The notes under the pieces: generated by a model | Databases searched by the model: none | What the model was told of the DNA's origin: nothing | Seen by the model: only the letters and a program-made list of their open reading frames with translations | Source of the DNA: an uncultured Methanosarcinales archaeon | GTDB taxonomy: Archaea > Nanobdellota > Nanobdellia > Woesearchaeales > CAYZNE01 | Direction: 5' to 3' | Assembly: GCA_964461035.1 (NCBI GenBank) | Contig: CAYWRI010000001.1 | Location: 43,394 to 99,072 of the forward strand | DNA length: 55,679 nt | Made by a program: the position numbers and the translations under genes | Shown here: positions 19,016-29,177 of the stretch, in pieces | Layout of the letters: each line of letters opens with the position of its first letter | Numbering within the stretch: the first letter of the stretch is position 1

Positions 19016-20278
19016 TTATTTATACTTGATAAGTTTGACACTTTTTATTCCTTTTTTTGTTACAGAAACAACTTCAATCATAACATTATTTTTTAAACGA
19101 ATTTTCTCACCTTTTATAGGTATTCTTTTAAGTCGATGTTCGATAAATCCTGCTAAAGTATTAAAATTTTCTTTTTTAAGATTGAGAGAAAATATTTTAT
19201 TAACATCATTAATACTTATTTTAGGATCAATTAAAGCTTGTTTTTTATTTAATCTTTTTACATAAACACTATTTGTCCTACTCTTATCAAATATGTCTCC
19301 AACTATTTCTTCAAGAATATCTTCAAGAGTAACAAGTCCTAGTATTGCGCCATATTCATCAACAACCATTGCTGCAGGAATATCCTTTCCTTCAAACTCA
19401 TTTAGCAAGTCTTCAACCCTTTTTGATTCAGGAACAAAAGGAATTTTTTTAATCAAGAATTTAATTTTGATTTCTACTTTTTTATTTTTTAGATATTTTA
19501 AAACATCATCAATGTGTAAGAGTCCAATGATATTGTTATTTGTACTTGAATAAATGGGAAATTTTGAATATCTTGATTTAATTATAAAATTAAGAATTTG
19601 TTTTAATTTTTTATTACCGTCAAGCATTTCAACATATTCAAAAGGAGTCATTATATCTGTAACTGTTCTTTCTTCAAATTCAAGAACATTGTTCATCATG
19701 TCTGCAACATCTTTGCTTAAAATCCCTTCTTTTTCACCCATTACAACAATTGTTCTTATTTCATCTTCTGAAATATGTGCTGATTTTTTCCCACCGAAAA
19801 ATTTTGTTGCTGTTTTAGCAATAAATTCAAAAAATTTTACAATTGGATAAATAGCATATATGAAAATTTCTAAAGGCTTAGCAACCTTTAGTGCTATATT
19901 TTCAGGGTTATGTGCCGCTATTGACTTAGGACATATTTCACCAAAAACTAATATCACAAAAGTCATTATTCCTGTTGCAATACCAACTCCAGAAGAACCA
20001 AATAAATCTGTGAAAATAACAGTGGCCAATGTTGCTGCAGAAATATTAACCAGATTATTCATTAAAAGTATTGTAATAATTAATTTATGTGGTTCTTGTT
20101 TCAATCTGAGAAGTGCATCTGCACCTTTTATTTTTCTTCTTTCAAGAGAATGAGCTTTAATCATAGTAATAGAAAGCATTGCTGTTTCCATACCTGAAAA
20201 AATTCCTGATAATATTATAAGCAATATCAAGAATATTATTAAACCCATCATCTTTATTAAATAACTAAATATGTTCAT
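19016..20278 (-). CDS. hemolysin/CNNM family protein (DUF21 + CBS pair + CorC_HlyC)
   Basis: SGIFSGMETAMLS, VFGEICPKSIA, DIMTP, YSKFPIY, VVDEYGAILGLVTLEDILEEIVGDI. Confidence 0.95.
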   Translation of the reverse strand: MNIFSYLIKMMGLIIFLILLIILSGIFSGMETAMLSITMIKAHSLERRKIKGADALLRLKQEPHKLIITILLMNNLVNISAATLATVIFTDLFGSSGVGIATGIMTFVILVFGEICPKSIAAHNPENIALKVAKPLEIFIYAIYPIVKFFEFIAKTATKFFGGKKSAHISEDEIRTIVVMGEKEGILSKDVADMMNNVLEFEERTVTDIMTPFEYVEMLDGNKKLKQILNFIIKSRYSKFPIYSSTNNNIIGLLHIDDVLKYLKNKKVEIKIKFLIKKIPFVPESKRVEDLLNEFEGKDIPAAMVVDEYGAILGLVTLEDILEEIVGDIFDKSRTNSVYVKRLNKKQALIDPKISINDVNKIFSLNLKKENFNTLAGFIEHRLKRIPIKGEKIRLKNNVMIEVVSVTKKGIKSVKLIKYK

Positions 20279-20372
20279 TTATATAATTTTTGGAAGAAAC
20301 TATTGTTCAAAATAAATTGAAGATAAATAAATCAATAAATTTTTATAGATTTGTATTTTTATTAAGAATAAT

Positions 20373-20930
20373 ATGACTAATATATTTATCATTCATGGAG
20401 CATATGGAAATCCTGAAGAAAATTGGTTTCCTTGGTTAAAAGTTGAGCTTGAAAAAATAAATTGTAAAGTTTTTATTCCTGAATTTCCAACACCTGAAAA
20501 CCAATCATTAACAACTTGGTTAAATGTTTTTGAAGAATATAACCAATACGTGGACGAAAATTCTATTTTTGTAGGACATAGTCTTGGTCCCGCATTTATA
20601 TTAAACATTCTTGAGAAAATAGAAAAACCTGTAAAAGCTTGTTTCTTTGCTTCAGGGTGGATTGGTTTATTAGGAAATCCTTATTTTGATAAAATAAATA
20701 AGACCCTGGTTGACAAGAAGTTTGATTGGCGAATTATCAAGCAAAATTGTAAAAAGTTTTTTATTTTTTATTCTGATAATGATCCCTATGTTTCTCTAAA
20801 AAAATCAGAAGAATTATCAAGAAATTTGGGTACTGAAGCGATTCTTGTTAAGAATGCAGGACATTTCAATAAAGAGACGGGTTATTCTAAATTTGAATTA
20901 CTTTTAAAGGAAATTAAAAATTCACTTTAA
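20373..20930 (+). CDS. RBBP9/YdeN family alpha/beta serine hydrolase
   Basis: IIHGAYGNPEENWFPWL, VGHSLG, SDNDPYV, AGHFN. Confidence 0.92.
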   Translation: MTNIFIIHGAYGNPEENWFPWLKVELEKINCKVFIPEFPTPENQSLTTWLNVFEEYNQYVDENSIFVGHSLGPAFILNILEKIEKPVKACFFASGWIGLLGNPYFDKINKTLVDKKFDWRIIKQNCKKFFIFYSDNDPYVSLKKSEELSRNLGTEAILVKNAGHFNKETGYSKFELLLKEIKNSL

Positions 20931-20952
20931 TAAATTAAAATGAAACAAGAAA

Positions 20953-21438
20953 CTATTTTTTCAGTTTTTTCTTGATCATATCGCCAAGAGTCATTGGAGA
21001 ATCATTTTCATCTTCAAACTTTTTAATACTTGTTTTTTTATTTTCCATAGTAATCATAAGTTTTATATGAAGAAACTTTTCTAGTTTATGTATTATTACT
21101 TCTGTTGGCTCAAAATGGCCTGATTCTATATTGTGCAATAACGATTCTTTAATTGCTAGCTTTTTAGCCAAATCTTCTTGTTTCCAATTTTTATTTTCTC
21201 TCGCACTTTTAACAAGCTTTCCATAATTTTCAACAAGAACACTTACAACTTCAGAACTTGAAAAATCATTATTAGTATTATTTGAAAAATTAGAATAATT
21301 ATTATTTACAGGAGTCTCTGAACTATTTATTATTGTACCTAGTTTTGCACAATTTTTGCAGACTTCAATATCTGCACCCTCTATTCTTGAAAGAAATAAT
21401 TCATCTGTTTCTTTACCACAAATTACGCATTGACCCAT
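20953..21438 (-). CDS. mbf1: archaeal multiprotein bridging factor aMBF1 (Zn ribbon + HTH)
   Basis: CVICG...VCKNCAKLG; ARENKNWKQEDLAKKLAIKESLLHNIESG; TLGDMI. Confidence 0.92.
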   Translation of the reverse strand: MGQCVICGKETDELFLSRIEGADIEVCKNCAKLGTIINSSETPVNNNYSNFSNNTNNDFSSSEVVSVLVENYGKLVKSARENKNWKQEDLAKKLAIKESLLHNIESGHFEPTEVIIHKLEKFLHIKLMITMENKKTSIKKFEDENDSPMTLGDMIKKKLKK

Positions 21439-21448
21439 TTATATCACC

Positions 21449-22660
21449 CTATTTTCTAGTTATGATAAGATAATTTAACTCTAATTCACCAATTACTATC
21501 TTTGATGAACTTTCAAGCTTAAAAGTTTTGTGATTTAAGAGTTCTATAAATAATTCAGGCTTTTGAATCAAAATACCCATTTTACCCGTTTCTTTAAGAA
21601 CATATTCTGTCTGATATAAAAATTCTTTATACATTTTTGAAACTCTTTTAGACGCTGTATGTTTAGATTCAGATGGAAGAAAAGTTGCTATTTTATCAAC
21701 ATCATGCTTTTCAAATTTTGTATCTAACCAATCTAAAGATATTTTTGAAAAGTTAATAATATCAAGAATTCCTGCAACTTTTGCATTACTTTTTCCAGAG
21801 TTCATTTCTTGTAATAATTCCGAATAAGCAAATATTTTATTTTTATTTAATTTAATTAAATTTGCTTTAGCTTTTTCTTTTAATTTTTTTAATTCTTCTT
21901 CTAAAGCAATATCTTTGAATAATATATTGCTTGTTTCTGAAGCTAATGCCTCATAAAAATTATGCATTCCTGAAAGATAAAGTCCTGCTTCTATTGATGT
22001 TTCAGCAGTTTTAGAATTAGGATCAAGAAGAATTTCACCTTCTTTATAATCAATTTCTCTAATTAAATGATATGCGACTGTTGCATTTAATGATTTTCCA
22101 GAGTTTATTAATTTATATTGTCTTTTACTTAAGTTTTCTCTTGCAATGTCAACACCAAAAATTGCATGAGTTTTATTTACATGTAATACAAATCTTAAAG
22201 CAGAAGAATCAAATTTTACTTTTTTATCAGCATATTTCTTAAGAATCAATTCGCCAAGAGCTGGTTCTATTTCTCTTGAATCAAGATCAGAATTTAAACG
22301 ATTAGCTCTTACATAAAAATTATCATAATTTTGAGTCCAAAATTTGAATTCTTTAGTATTAATGCTTTTTTCTATTTTTTTATATAAGTCTTCAACGTCT
22401 TTAAAGTCAAATTCATCAACAACACACATTATTTTACTTGCTGCCTGAGATAATATTGTTAATTTAAACAGATTCAATAAATCTTTTTTAGTATTGTTAA
22501 TATTAAAGACTAAAACAGATTCTTTTTTTACTGTATCTTTGTTCATAATCTCTTTTATTTCTTTTTCTGCTGAATTCTCTATTCCTATTTCTGTTATGAG
22601 TACAATTTTTAATTTTTTACCTAATAAACTAGTTTTTATTGATTGTTTTATATTTTTCAT
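21449..22660 (-). CDS. THUMP-domain RNA methyltransferase-like protein (Trm14/RlmL family) with degenerate catalytic motifs
   Basis: THUMP region, then LSKRQY...SLNATVAYHL; DPNSKTAET replaces DPxCGSGT and TFLPS replaces NPPY. Confidence 0.7.
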   Translation of the reverse strand: MKNIKQSIKTSLLGKKLKIVLITEIGIENSAEKEIKEIMNKDTVKKESVLVFNINNTKKDLLNLFKLTILSQAASKIMCVVDEFDFKDVEDLYKKIEKSINTKEFKFWTQNYDNFYVRANRLNSDLDSREIEPALGELILKKYADKKVKFDSSALRFVLHVNKTHAIFGVDIARENLSKRQYKLINSGKSLNATVAYHLIREIDYKEGEILLDPNSKTAETSIEAGLYLSGMHNFYEALASETSNILFKDIALEEELKKLKEKAKANLIKLNKNKIFAYSELLQEMNSGKSNAKVAGILDIINFSKISLDWLDTKFEKHDVDKIATFLPSESKHTASKRVSKMYKEFLYQTEYVLKETGKMGILIQKPELFIELLNHKTFKLESSSKIVIGELELNYLIITRK

Positions 22661-22875
22661 CTTACAAAAGAAAGAATGAATGATTTGTTTTAAAGTGTTT
22701 CTATTGTTTAACCAGATAATTCAATTTTTACTAAAATAAAAAAATGTTACCCCTAGTTATTTATTTTCAATATTATAGTCTCTAAAAAGAGACAACTGTT
22801 AAAATAGAAATGCTTAAATAGTTTTATTATTTTCTAATGTTTATCTAATGAATGTAATAAAAAATGGTGATTTAA

Positions 22876-24459
22876 GTGTATGAAGAAGTATTTACGTTAA
22901 TTGAAAAACACCTACAACAAGTTATGGCGGCATCTCTTAAGCATCGAGATCATGCTCAAAATCAAACAAAATCCTATCAACCTTATTTTTCATCGATACT
23001 TATTCGTGATGACACAGATTTTGCAATAGATATGAGTAATGGTGCAGTAATTCAAAGAGAAGAAGACAATAGAATTAGAAGGGGAAGATTTGAAACAAGA
23101 TTTGGAGATTATACTAGGGGTGGTGGTAGAGCAAAAAGTGCATTTACCTTACCTTATGAATTAGATTTAAGAGCATCGAAAAAAATTTTGGAAAATTCTA
23201 CTACAGAAACCATGTGGGCGGCTCTGAGAGATTTTTCAAGAAAAAATATTCAAAATATTGGAAGTCGAACCACAGATAATAGATTTAAAAAATTCTTAAA
23301 AGAACAATCACATTTATTTATAGATGCGGAGAAAAAAATTACTAATAATTTAGAAGAATTAGTTGAAGACCTAAAAGAAGTTTCAATAAAAACTGAACAC
23401 AAAGACATATACTCAACAGATTTTTACATGGGGATAGAAAAAATTAACAAGTACATTGTAAACTCAGAAGGAAGTAAAATATTTATGAGTTCTATACGAA
23501 ATCGTTTGGAGTTAACAGTATCGACCACTGATGTTAAAGGAAGACTTATTCTTAATTCTCAAGTACTACATTGGTTTGATAATTCGCCTCGACCTACTAA
23601 AGAAATAATTTATCAAGAAATGAGTACACTTATTAAAGATATCCTTGAAATTGCAAAAGCACCTTTTATGAAACCGGGTCATTATCCTTGTATATTAGAT
23701 GGTTTAAATCATGGGGTCTTTTGGCATGAAGTGATAGGTCACGGTTTAGAAGGACAAAGAATTGGAGACACATCTGAAGAATCAGAATCCATTTTTGCAA
23801 AAAGAATCGGAACAAAAGTTTGTCCTGAATTTATATCTTTATATGATGATCCTACACTGGAAGGACAAGCAGGTTCTTATCTTTATGATGATGAAGGGAT
23901 CCCTGCTCAAAAAGTGACACTAATCGAAAACGGAGTTTTAAGAAATTATTTGTATTCTAGAGAAAATCAATCGATAATTCCCACAAGATCTAATGGTCAT
24001 GGTAGATGTGATTTAGAATACCTACCGCGAGCTAGAATGAGTAATCTTATTCTTAAATCAGAAAAACAACTATCTCCCGAAATTCTAGAAGAACAATTAA
24101 TTCAATTATTACGTGAAGAACATTTTGATTTTGGACTTATAGTTTTGGGAACTGAAGGAGGATATACAATTCCTGAAGATAGCACTTTTACTACATATCC
24201 CAGCAAAACATACAAAATAGATAAAAACGGAAATAAAACATTAGTTAGAGGTTTAACTATTGTTGGAACACCATTTACATCATTGGATAGTATCATAGCA
24301 ACAGGTAAAAATCATCTTTGGTTCTCAGGAGATTGTGGTGCAGAGTCAGGTAATGTTCCTTCTGCACAATATGCACCTGAAGTATTACTAAGGTCTTTAG
24401 AATTTGGAAAAATATCTAAGGATACTTACTCCGAAGTATCTCAACCTATTTTCAAATAG
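22876..24459 (+). CDS. tldD: TldD/PmbA family metalloprotease
   Basis: FWHEVIGHGLEG, ISLYDDPT, YDDEG, LIENGVL, SNGHGR, RMSNL, GDCGAESG.VP. Confidence 0.9.
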   Translation: MYEEVFTLIEKHLQQVMAASLKHRDHAQNQTKSYQPYFSSILIRDDTDFAIDMSNGAVIQREEDNRIRRGRFETRFGDYTRGGGRAKSAFTLPYELDLRASKKILENSTTETMWAALRDFSRKNIQNIGSRTTDNRFKKFLKEQSHLFIDAEKKITNNLEELVEDLKEVSIKTEHKDIYSTDFYMGIEKINKYIVNSEGSKIFMSSIRNRLELTVSTTDVKGRLILNSQVLHWFDNSPRPTKEIIYQEMSTLIKDILEIAKAPFMKPGHYPCILDGLNHGVFWHEVIGHGLEGQRIGDTSEESESIFAKRIGTKVCPEFISLYDDPTLEGQAGSYLYDDEGIPAQKVTLIENGVLRNYLYSRENQSIIPTRSNGHGRCDLEYLPRARMSNLILKSEKQLSPEILEEQLIQLLREEHFDFGLIVLGTEGGYTIPEDSTFTTYPSKTYKIDKNGNKTLVRGLTIVGTPFTSLDSIIATGKNHLWFSGDCGAESGNVPSAQYAPEVLLRSLEFGKISKDTYSEVSQPIFK

Positions 24460-24485
24460 AATATTAACAAAATGACCTCTTCTAC

Positions 24486-24739
24486 AACCTAAATCTTAGA
24501 CTTATTATTGATTGAAAATCAATAATGACCAAAATTTTCAATTTTGCTTTATGTGTTAGCATGACCAAAAACTAAGTTTTTGATTTCAAAAACCTTAGAT
24601 TTTTGCACAGATTGTGGTATTCAACAAAAAGGATGTTTATACAAAAACAAATTTTTGAGCATTAAACAAAAGTTTAATAGTCACAAAAAAGCCCAAGTCA
24701 TAACCTAAATCTTGGATTTATTATTGGCTTTTTTGAGAA
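24486..24739. repeat. intergenic repeat cluster: 25-bp direct repeat plus inverted repeat; partly shared with 1660-1730
   Basis: AACCTAAATCTT(A/G)GA(C/T)TTATTATTG at 24486 and 24702; CAAAAAAGCCCAA...TTGGCTTTTTTG hairpin; TATTGGCTTTTTTGAGAA identical at 1713-1730 and 24722-24739. Confidence 0.55.
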
Positions 24740-24815
24740 CAATAAGTAAATTGTTTTAAAGTGTTTTTATTGGGATAAAATAGATTAAATTAACTTATGT
24801 CCAAAATTAAGGACT

Positions 24816-25988
24816 TTATTCAAATCTTCTAGCTTCTGCTTCAAAAACATTCTTTTCTAAATAATTTTCACCAAAATCAAAATCTCCTGATAACTTATAC
24901 TCTATATGAAAAGGTGCTGCTTCTGCAATAAAGTTAGTTATTGTTTTTATTAACACGCCTGTAAAAACAGATACTTCTTGTTCTTTATAATCCTCTTTGG
25001 TCCATTTAGATAATCTTGGTTGTACAGATTGAGTAAAAAGAGTAGTACGTTCCTCAAATTGTAGCGTATGAATCCATTCATGGCGAAGAATAGAATTTTT
25101 ATCCTTATAACCATTAGTTGAGACAACTATTGAATTACCTGAAGAATCTCCTCCCCAAGAAGAATCATGAAAAATTAATGAACCTGTTTTAACACTATCT
25201 TTAAAAGAAAATTTCTGGCCAAGTATTATACGACCTGTAGTTACCAGTAGAGTAAGAGGAGAAGGAGTTAATTTTAATCCTTCAGATCCTACTTCTACAT
25301 ATGCTGGACCAATAAGAGTTCGATAGGAAGAAAACCAATTATCTCCTTTTATCGCATTGCCTTTTATTGAAGTACCCGCACTATGCATCAGTTTTGTGGG
25401 GTAGAATTGATTCTGGTTATGAATGAAAAACTCTTTAGATCCTGCTTCAATAGCGCCTCCAAGCAATCCTGCTGCAAATCCCTTCCAAAATCCGTTTCCT
25501 TCAAAATATGAATTAGTTCCAGTCCATATAGCGCTTGAAGTCATTGCAACCATAAAACTTTCAGCAGTATTTCCTACTCTTTCATCAGGATTATTACCAT
25601 CAGAATCAACATAATTCATTGGATTATTAGAAACATAGGAATAAGCATGATTGTCACGCACAGGATCAACTCCAAGGAACTTACCAGAATCATAGTCATA
25701 ATAACGAGCATTAAAATAATAATTATTTGTATTATCTAATTCTTTACCTGTAAAACTGAATTTAATATTATTATTTTTTAATTGTTGACCATAAGGTAAA
25801 ACATTCGATTCAGTAACAACATTCTCATCATCGAGAGTTAGTCTATCACTACCTAACCTATCAGTAACCTTAAAATTAATTTCATTATTAACAATCTCGA
25901 AATCAGAACCATAACGCGTAATTGTTGAAGCATTCACACTGTTTAAACAAAGTAAAAACAATAATAAAAATATGGTAAATTTATTCAT
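24816..25988 (-). CDS. mini-Rhs protein 3: signal peptide + Rhs core (DSDG) + Gly-rich hydrophobic segment + HExxH zincin-like C-terminus
   Basis: Rhs-core motifs as in copy 1; ILRHEWIHTLQ...FEAEARR. Confidence 0.85.
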   Translation of the reverse strand: MNKFTIFLLLFLLCLNSVNASTITRYGSDFEIVNNEINFKVTDRLGSDRLTLDDENVVTESNVLPYGQQLKNNNIKFSFTGKELDNTNNYYFNARYYDYDSGKFLGVDPVRDNHAYSYVSNNPMNYVDSDGNNPDERVGNTAESFMVAMTSSAIWTGTNSYFEGNGFWKGFAAGLLGGAIEAGSKEFFIHNQNQFYPTKLMHSAGTSIKGNAIKGDNWFSSYRTLIGPAYVEVGSEGLKLTPSPLTLLVTTGRIILGQKFSFKDSVKTGSLIFHDSSWGGDSSGNSIVVSTNGYKDKNSILRHEWIHTLQFEERTTLFTQSVQPRLSKWTKEDYKEQEVSVFTGVLIKTITNFIAEAAPFHIEYKLSGDFDFGENYLEKNVFEAEARRFE

Positions 25989-26094
25989 ATGTACAAAATA
26001 GAATTAAATCTTTAAAAATATTCTTGTAAAAAGAATTAAGAAAACAAGAATTAAAAAATAAGCACAGCATTGTAGTTAATAACTTCAAATCAAA

Positions 26095-27318
26095 TTAATT
26101 ATCATCCTTAGTTTCTGGTGAAACTTTAACAAGGTGATACGAATGCGTTTGAAAATTAGCAGTATTATCTAAAAGCTTAGTGGGATCAAAAACAACAGAA
26201 GACGGATCCTTTACATCTCTAATCTTAGCAACAATATTTTTAGACGAAACATATATATCCGGAGTAAGATGAAGATTAAGATACTCATCAAAAGAATAAC
26301 CAATACGTAAATATTCATTTTCATTTACTTTATAATAAACATATGAAACAAGAGTGTTTGGAGGATTTAGATAAGCATATTTTTTTTGCACATTTGTATA
26401 TTCAGCTATATCCTCTATAGGATCAAACGTAACAAGTCTATTATCATCAGGATCACAACTCTTAGGTATTAAAGTTTCCGCATCAATATTCATACTCCCT
26501 TCAATATCAATTGACCAAATATCCAAATTAAGCATATTCGCAAATGCCTGTGCATTAGAACAACCATCTTCTCTGGACGCCGCACCAGAGCAACTCTTTA
26601 AAATGCCTTCAGACCCACCTTTAAACATCTGCTGATACTCCGAACCCATATCCTCAATATTACTACCAAATAAATACATATCACCTAAAAGCATCATTCT
26701 TGGTTGACCATGAGCTCCAAATATAAAAAAATCATATTGTTCTCCCGTGGCTGAAAATTTCTCCAACGCCAAAGTAAAAGCCTCCTTAAACTCCGCAAGA
26801 TCATTTATAACATACTCATCAACAGTATGACCTTTAGACTCATATTTTTTACTAGTTTCAGACTTAAAAGCACCATTATAATCACCAGTCTCATAATTTG
26901 CATGTATATACAAAATATTCTCCAATCCTGAAGGATCAATATAATTCATAGGATTATTAGAAACATAAGCATAAGCATGATTGTCAGAGACAGGATCAAC
27001 TCCTAGGAACTTACCAGAATCATAGTCATAATAACGAGCATTAAAATAATAATTATTTGTATTGTCCAATTCTTTACCTGTAAAACTAAATTTAACATTA
27101 TTATTTTTTAATTGTTGACCATAAGGTAAAACATTCGATTCAGCAATAACATTTTCATTGTTAAGTGTTAGTCTATCACTACCCAACCTATCATTAATTT
27201 TATAAGAAATCTCATTACCAATAATTTTGAAATCAGAACCATAATGCGTAATTGTTGAAGCATTTACACTGCTTAAACAAAGTAAAAATAGTAATAAAAA
27301 TATGGTAAATTTATTCAT
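26095..27318 (-). CDS. mini-Rhs protein 4: signal peptide + Rhs core (DPSG) + caspase-like C-terminus homologous to that of copy 2
   Basis: LENILYIHANYET...FFIFGAHG...LKSCSG, matching copy 2. Confidence 0.85.
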   Translation of the reverse strand: MNKFTIFLLLFLLCLSSVNASTITHYGSDFKIIGNEISYKINDRLGSDRLTLNNENVIAESNVLPYGQQLKNNNVKFSFTGKELDNTNNYYFNARYYDYDSGKFLGVDPVSDNHAYAYVSNNPMNYIDPSGLENILYIHANYETGDYNGAFKSETSKKYESKGHTVDEYVINDLAEFKEAFTLALEKFSATGEQYDFFIFGAHGQPRMMLLGDMYLFGSNIEDMGSEYQQMFKGGSEGILKSCSGAASREDGCSNAQAFANMLNLDIWSIDIEGSMNIDAETLIPKSCDPDDNRLVTFDPIEDIAEYTNVQKKYAYLNPPNTLVSYVYYKVNENEYLRIGYSFDEYLNLHLTPDIYVSSKNIVAKIRDVKDPSSVVFDPTKLLDNTANFQTHSYHLVKVSPETKDDN

Positions 27319-27416
27319 ATACACAAAATGGAGTTAAATCTTTAAAAATATTTTTAAAAATTTAGAATCGAACAATAAGAATCTACGGAAGAGTATGAAA
27401 AGAATTTATAAATAAA

Positions 27417-28403
27417 ATGTGCTTTGTGAAGTGTATGTATGTTATTGAAATTAATAAAACAAATATCGGAATGAGTATTGCAGAAGCACTTAGTATGTTG
27501 AAGCCTAAAAAATATAGTATAATTGATGATTATTTAATCATTGAAAAAAATAATATTAATACTAAAAAACTAAGTTTTGGTCTTGTAAAAAACATATATG
27601 AAATTATTACTTCTGCAAAAAGCATTGAAGAACTTAAAATCAATATTAGTAAAATTAATTTTAAGAAAATAATAAATAATACTTATAAAGTTGATACTTT
27701 GAATTGTAAAGAAGAAAAAATTGATATCATAAATTCTATTGCACAGTTCATAAAAAAAGAATTAAATTCTAAAAATGTTAAAAGAGATGTTTCTCTTAAT
27801 AATCCTGGTTCTTTTTTTGTGTGCATCAAAACAAAAAGTAAATATTTTTTTACTCAAAAAATCTGGACAAATATTGATAATATTAAGACAAGAGAATTAA
27901 AAGAGTTACCTCAAAGATTGCCAACTGCTACAGATCCAAAAATAGCAAAAGCAATGGTTAATCTTACAGGGAAAAATAAAGTTAAAATTCTTGATCCTTT
28001 TTGTGGTAGTGGCGGAATACTTATAGAAGCAGCACTTTTAGGTCACAAAATAAAAGGTTTTGATATTGATAAAAGAGCACTTGGATCTGCTAAACTTAAT
28101 ATGTTGTATCTTGGAATAAAAAATTTTTCTCTTGAATTAAAAGATTGTCTTACTATGAATCTTAAAGCAAATGCGATAGTAACCGATTTACCTTATGGAA
28201 AGAATTCAAAAATTAATCAAGACTTAAAAAAATTATACAAAGAATTCTTACATTATTCTTCTAAATTCACAAAAATTTTAATTATTGGTTTTCCATCAGA
28301 AATTGATGAAAGTTTTATAACAAATGAATGGAAAATCGATAACTTCTTTGAAATTTATATACATAAAAGCATGTCTAAGAAGATTTTTGTTTTAAAGCAA
28401 TAA
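27417..28403 (+). CDS. trm11: tRNA (guanine-10-N2)-methyltransferase, Trm11/TrmG10-like
   Basis: TATDPKIAKAMVNL, ILDPFCGSGGILIEAA, GFDID, VTDLPYG, IYIHKSMSKKI. Confidence 0.82.
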   Translation: MCFVKCMYVIEINKTNIGMSIAEALSMLKPKKYSIIDDYLIIEKNNINTKKLSFGLVKNIYEIITSAKSIEELKINISKINFKKIINNTYKVDTLNCKEEKIDIINSIAQFIKKELNSKNVKRDVSLNNPGSFFVCIKTKSKYFFTQKIWTNIDNIKTRELKELPQRLPTATDPKIAKAMVNLTGKNKVKILDPFCGSGGILIEAALLGHKIKGFDIDKRALGSAKLNMLYLGIKNFSLELKDCLTMNLKANAIVTDLPYGKNSKINQDLKKLYKEFLHYSSKFTKILIIGFPSEIDESFITNEWKIDNFFEIYIHKSMSKKIFVLKQ

Positions 28404-28410
28404 AAAATAA

Positions 28411-28692
28411 TTAATTTCCTTTTTTTACATAAGAATCACACAACTTTTTTATTCTATAAATTATTCCTGTGCAATTAGGACCTGAATTTCCCCCTGTTTT
28501 TTTATATGTTTCAGAAACACCTAATAAATAAACATCAATTGAGTTTTTTAAATCTTGAGGTAAGCCCATAGTTAAATTACTAATCTCTTCACCAATACAA
28601 TCAGGTCTAAATTGTTGATCTTTCTGTTCTATTTCTCCTAATTGAGCTATAAATGTACTATAATACTTAGGCATATTACTTTCTTTAGGCAT
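28411..28692 (-). CDS. hypothetical protein (93 aa)
   Basis: ORF with a GGTGATG SD-like motif upstream. Confidence 0.5.
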   Translation of the reverse strand: MPKESNMPKYYSTFIAQLGEIEQKDQQFRPDCIGEEISNLTMGLPQDLKNSIDVYLLGVSETYKKTGGNSGPNCTGIIYRIKKLCDSYVKKGN

Positions 28693-28822
28693 ATAATCAT
28701 CACCGAATCTCGTGAAGTCATAGTTATATTTAAATCTATCTTTTTTGTACTATTAGAATATTTCTTTCTAATCTTGCAATAACTCAACAATATTTTTAAA
28801 CAAGTTAATATTTATTAGCATA

Positions 28823-28972
28823 ATGAAATGCGATATATGCAATGTAAAAATAGAAAAAACTTTTTTAGGAAAGATAATAGGAACTTATCTATTTAAAGAC
28901 AAGAAAAAATTTGTTGTTTGTCCTAACTGTCAAAAGGCAAACTCAAAGCAAGAACTTATTGATAAATTATAG
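28823..28972 (+). CDS. small Zn-ribbon protein (49 aa, absent from the ORF track)
   Basis: Manual translation MKCDICNVKIEKTFLGKIIGTYLFKDKKKFVVCPNCQKANSKQELIDKL; two CxxC pairs. Confidence 0.7.
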   Translation: MKCDICNVKIEKTFLGKIIGTYLFKDKKKFVVCPNCQKANSKQELIDKL

Positions 28973-29016
28973 TTAAAGTTATTATTAGACTATGATTATG
29001 TAACTATTATTTTCTT

Positions 29017-29088
29017 GCCTTCGTAGCATAGTGGTAGTGCTTCTGCCTCGTAAGCAGAGGGTCAAGGGTTCGATTCCCTTCGAGGGCT
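29017..29088 (+). tRNA. tRNA-Thr (CGT)
   Basis: Acceptor GCCTTCG/CGAGGGC, U73, TCTGC-CT-CGT-AA-GCAGA, AAGGG-TTCGATT-CCCTT. Confidence 0.95.
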
Positions 29089-29177
29089 TTTATTTGTAAC
29101 TTATTTAATAGGTTGACAAATAGATTCATAAACTTAATAAAAAGGTTACGAATGTATATTAAATAACAAATAAACAC

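Noticed and set aside
24684-24735. Integron attC site (inverted repeat with one extra base)
   Set aside because: No RYYYAAC/GTTRRRY core boxes and no integron integrase.
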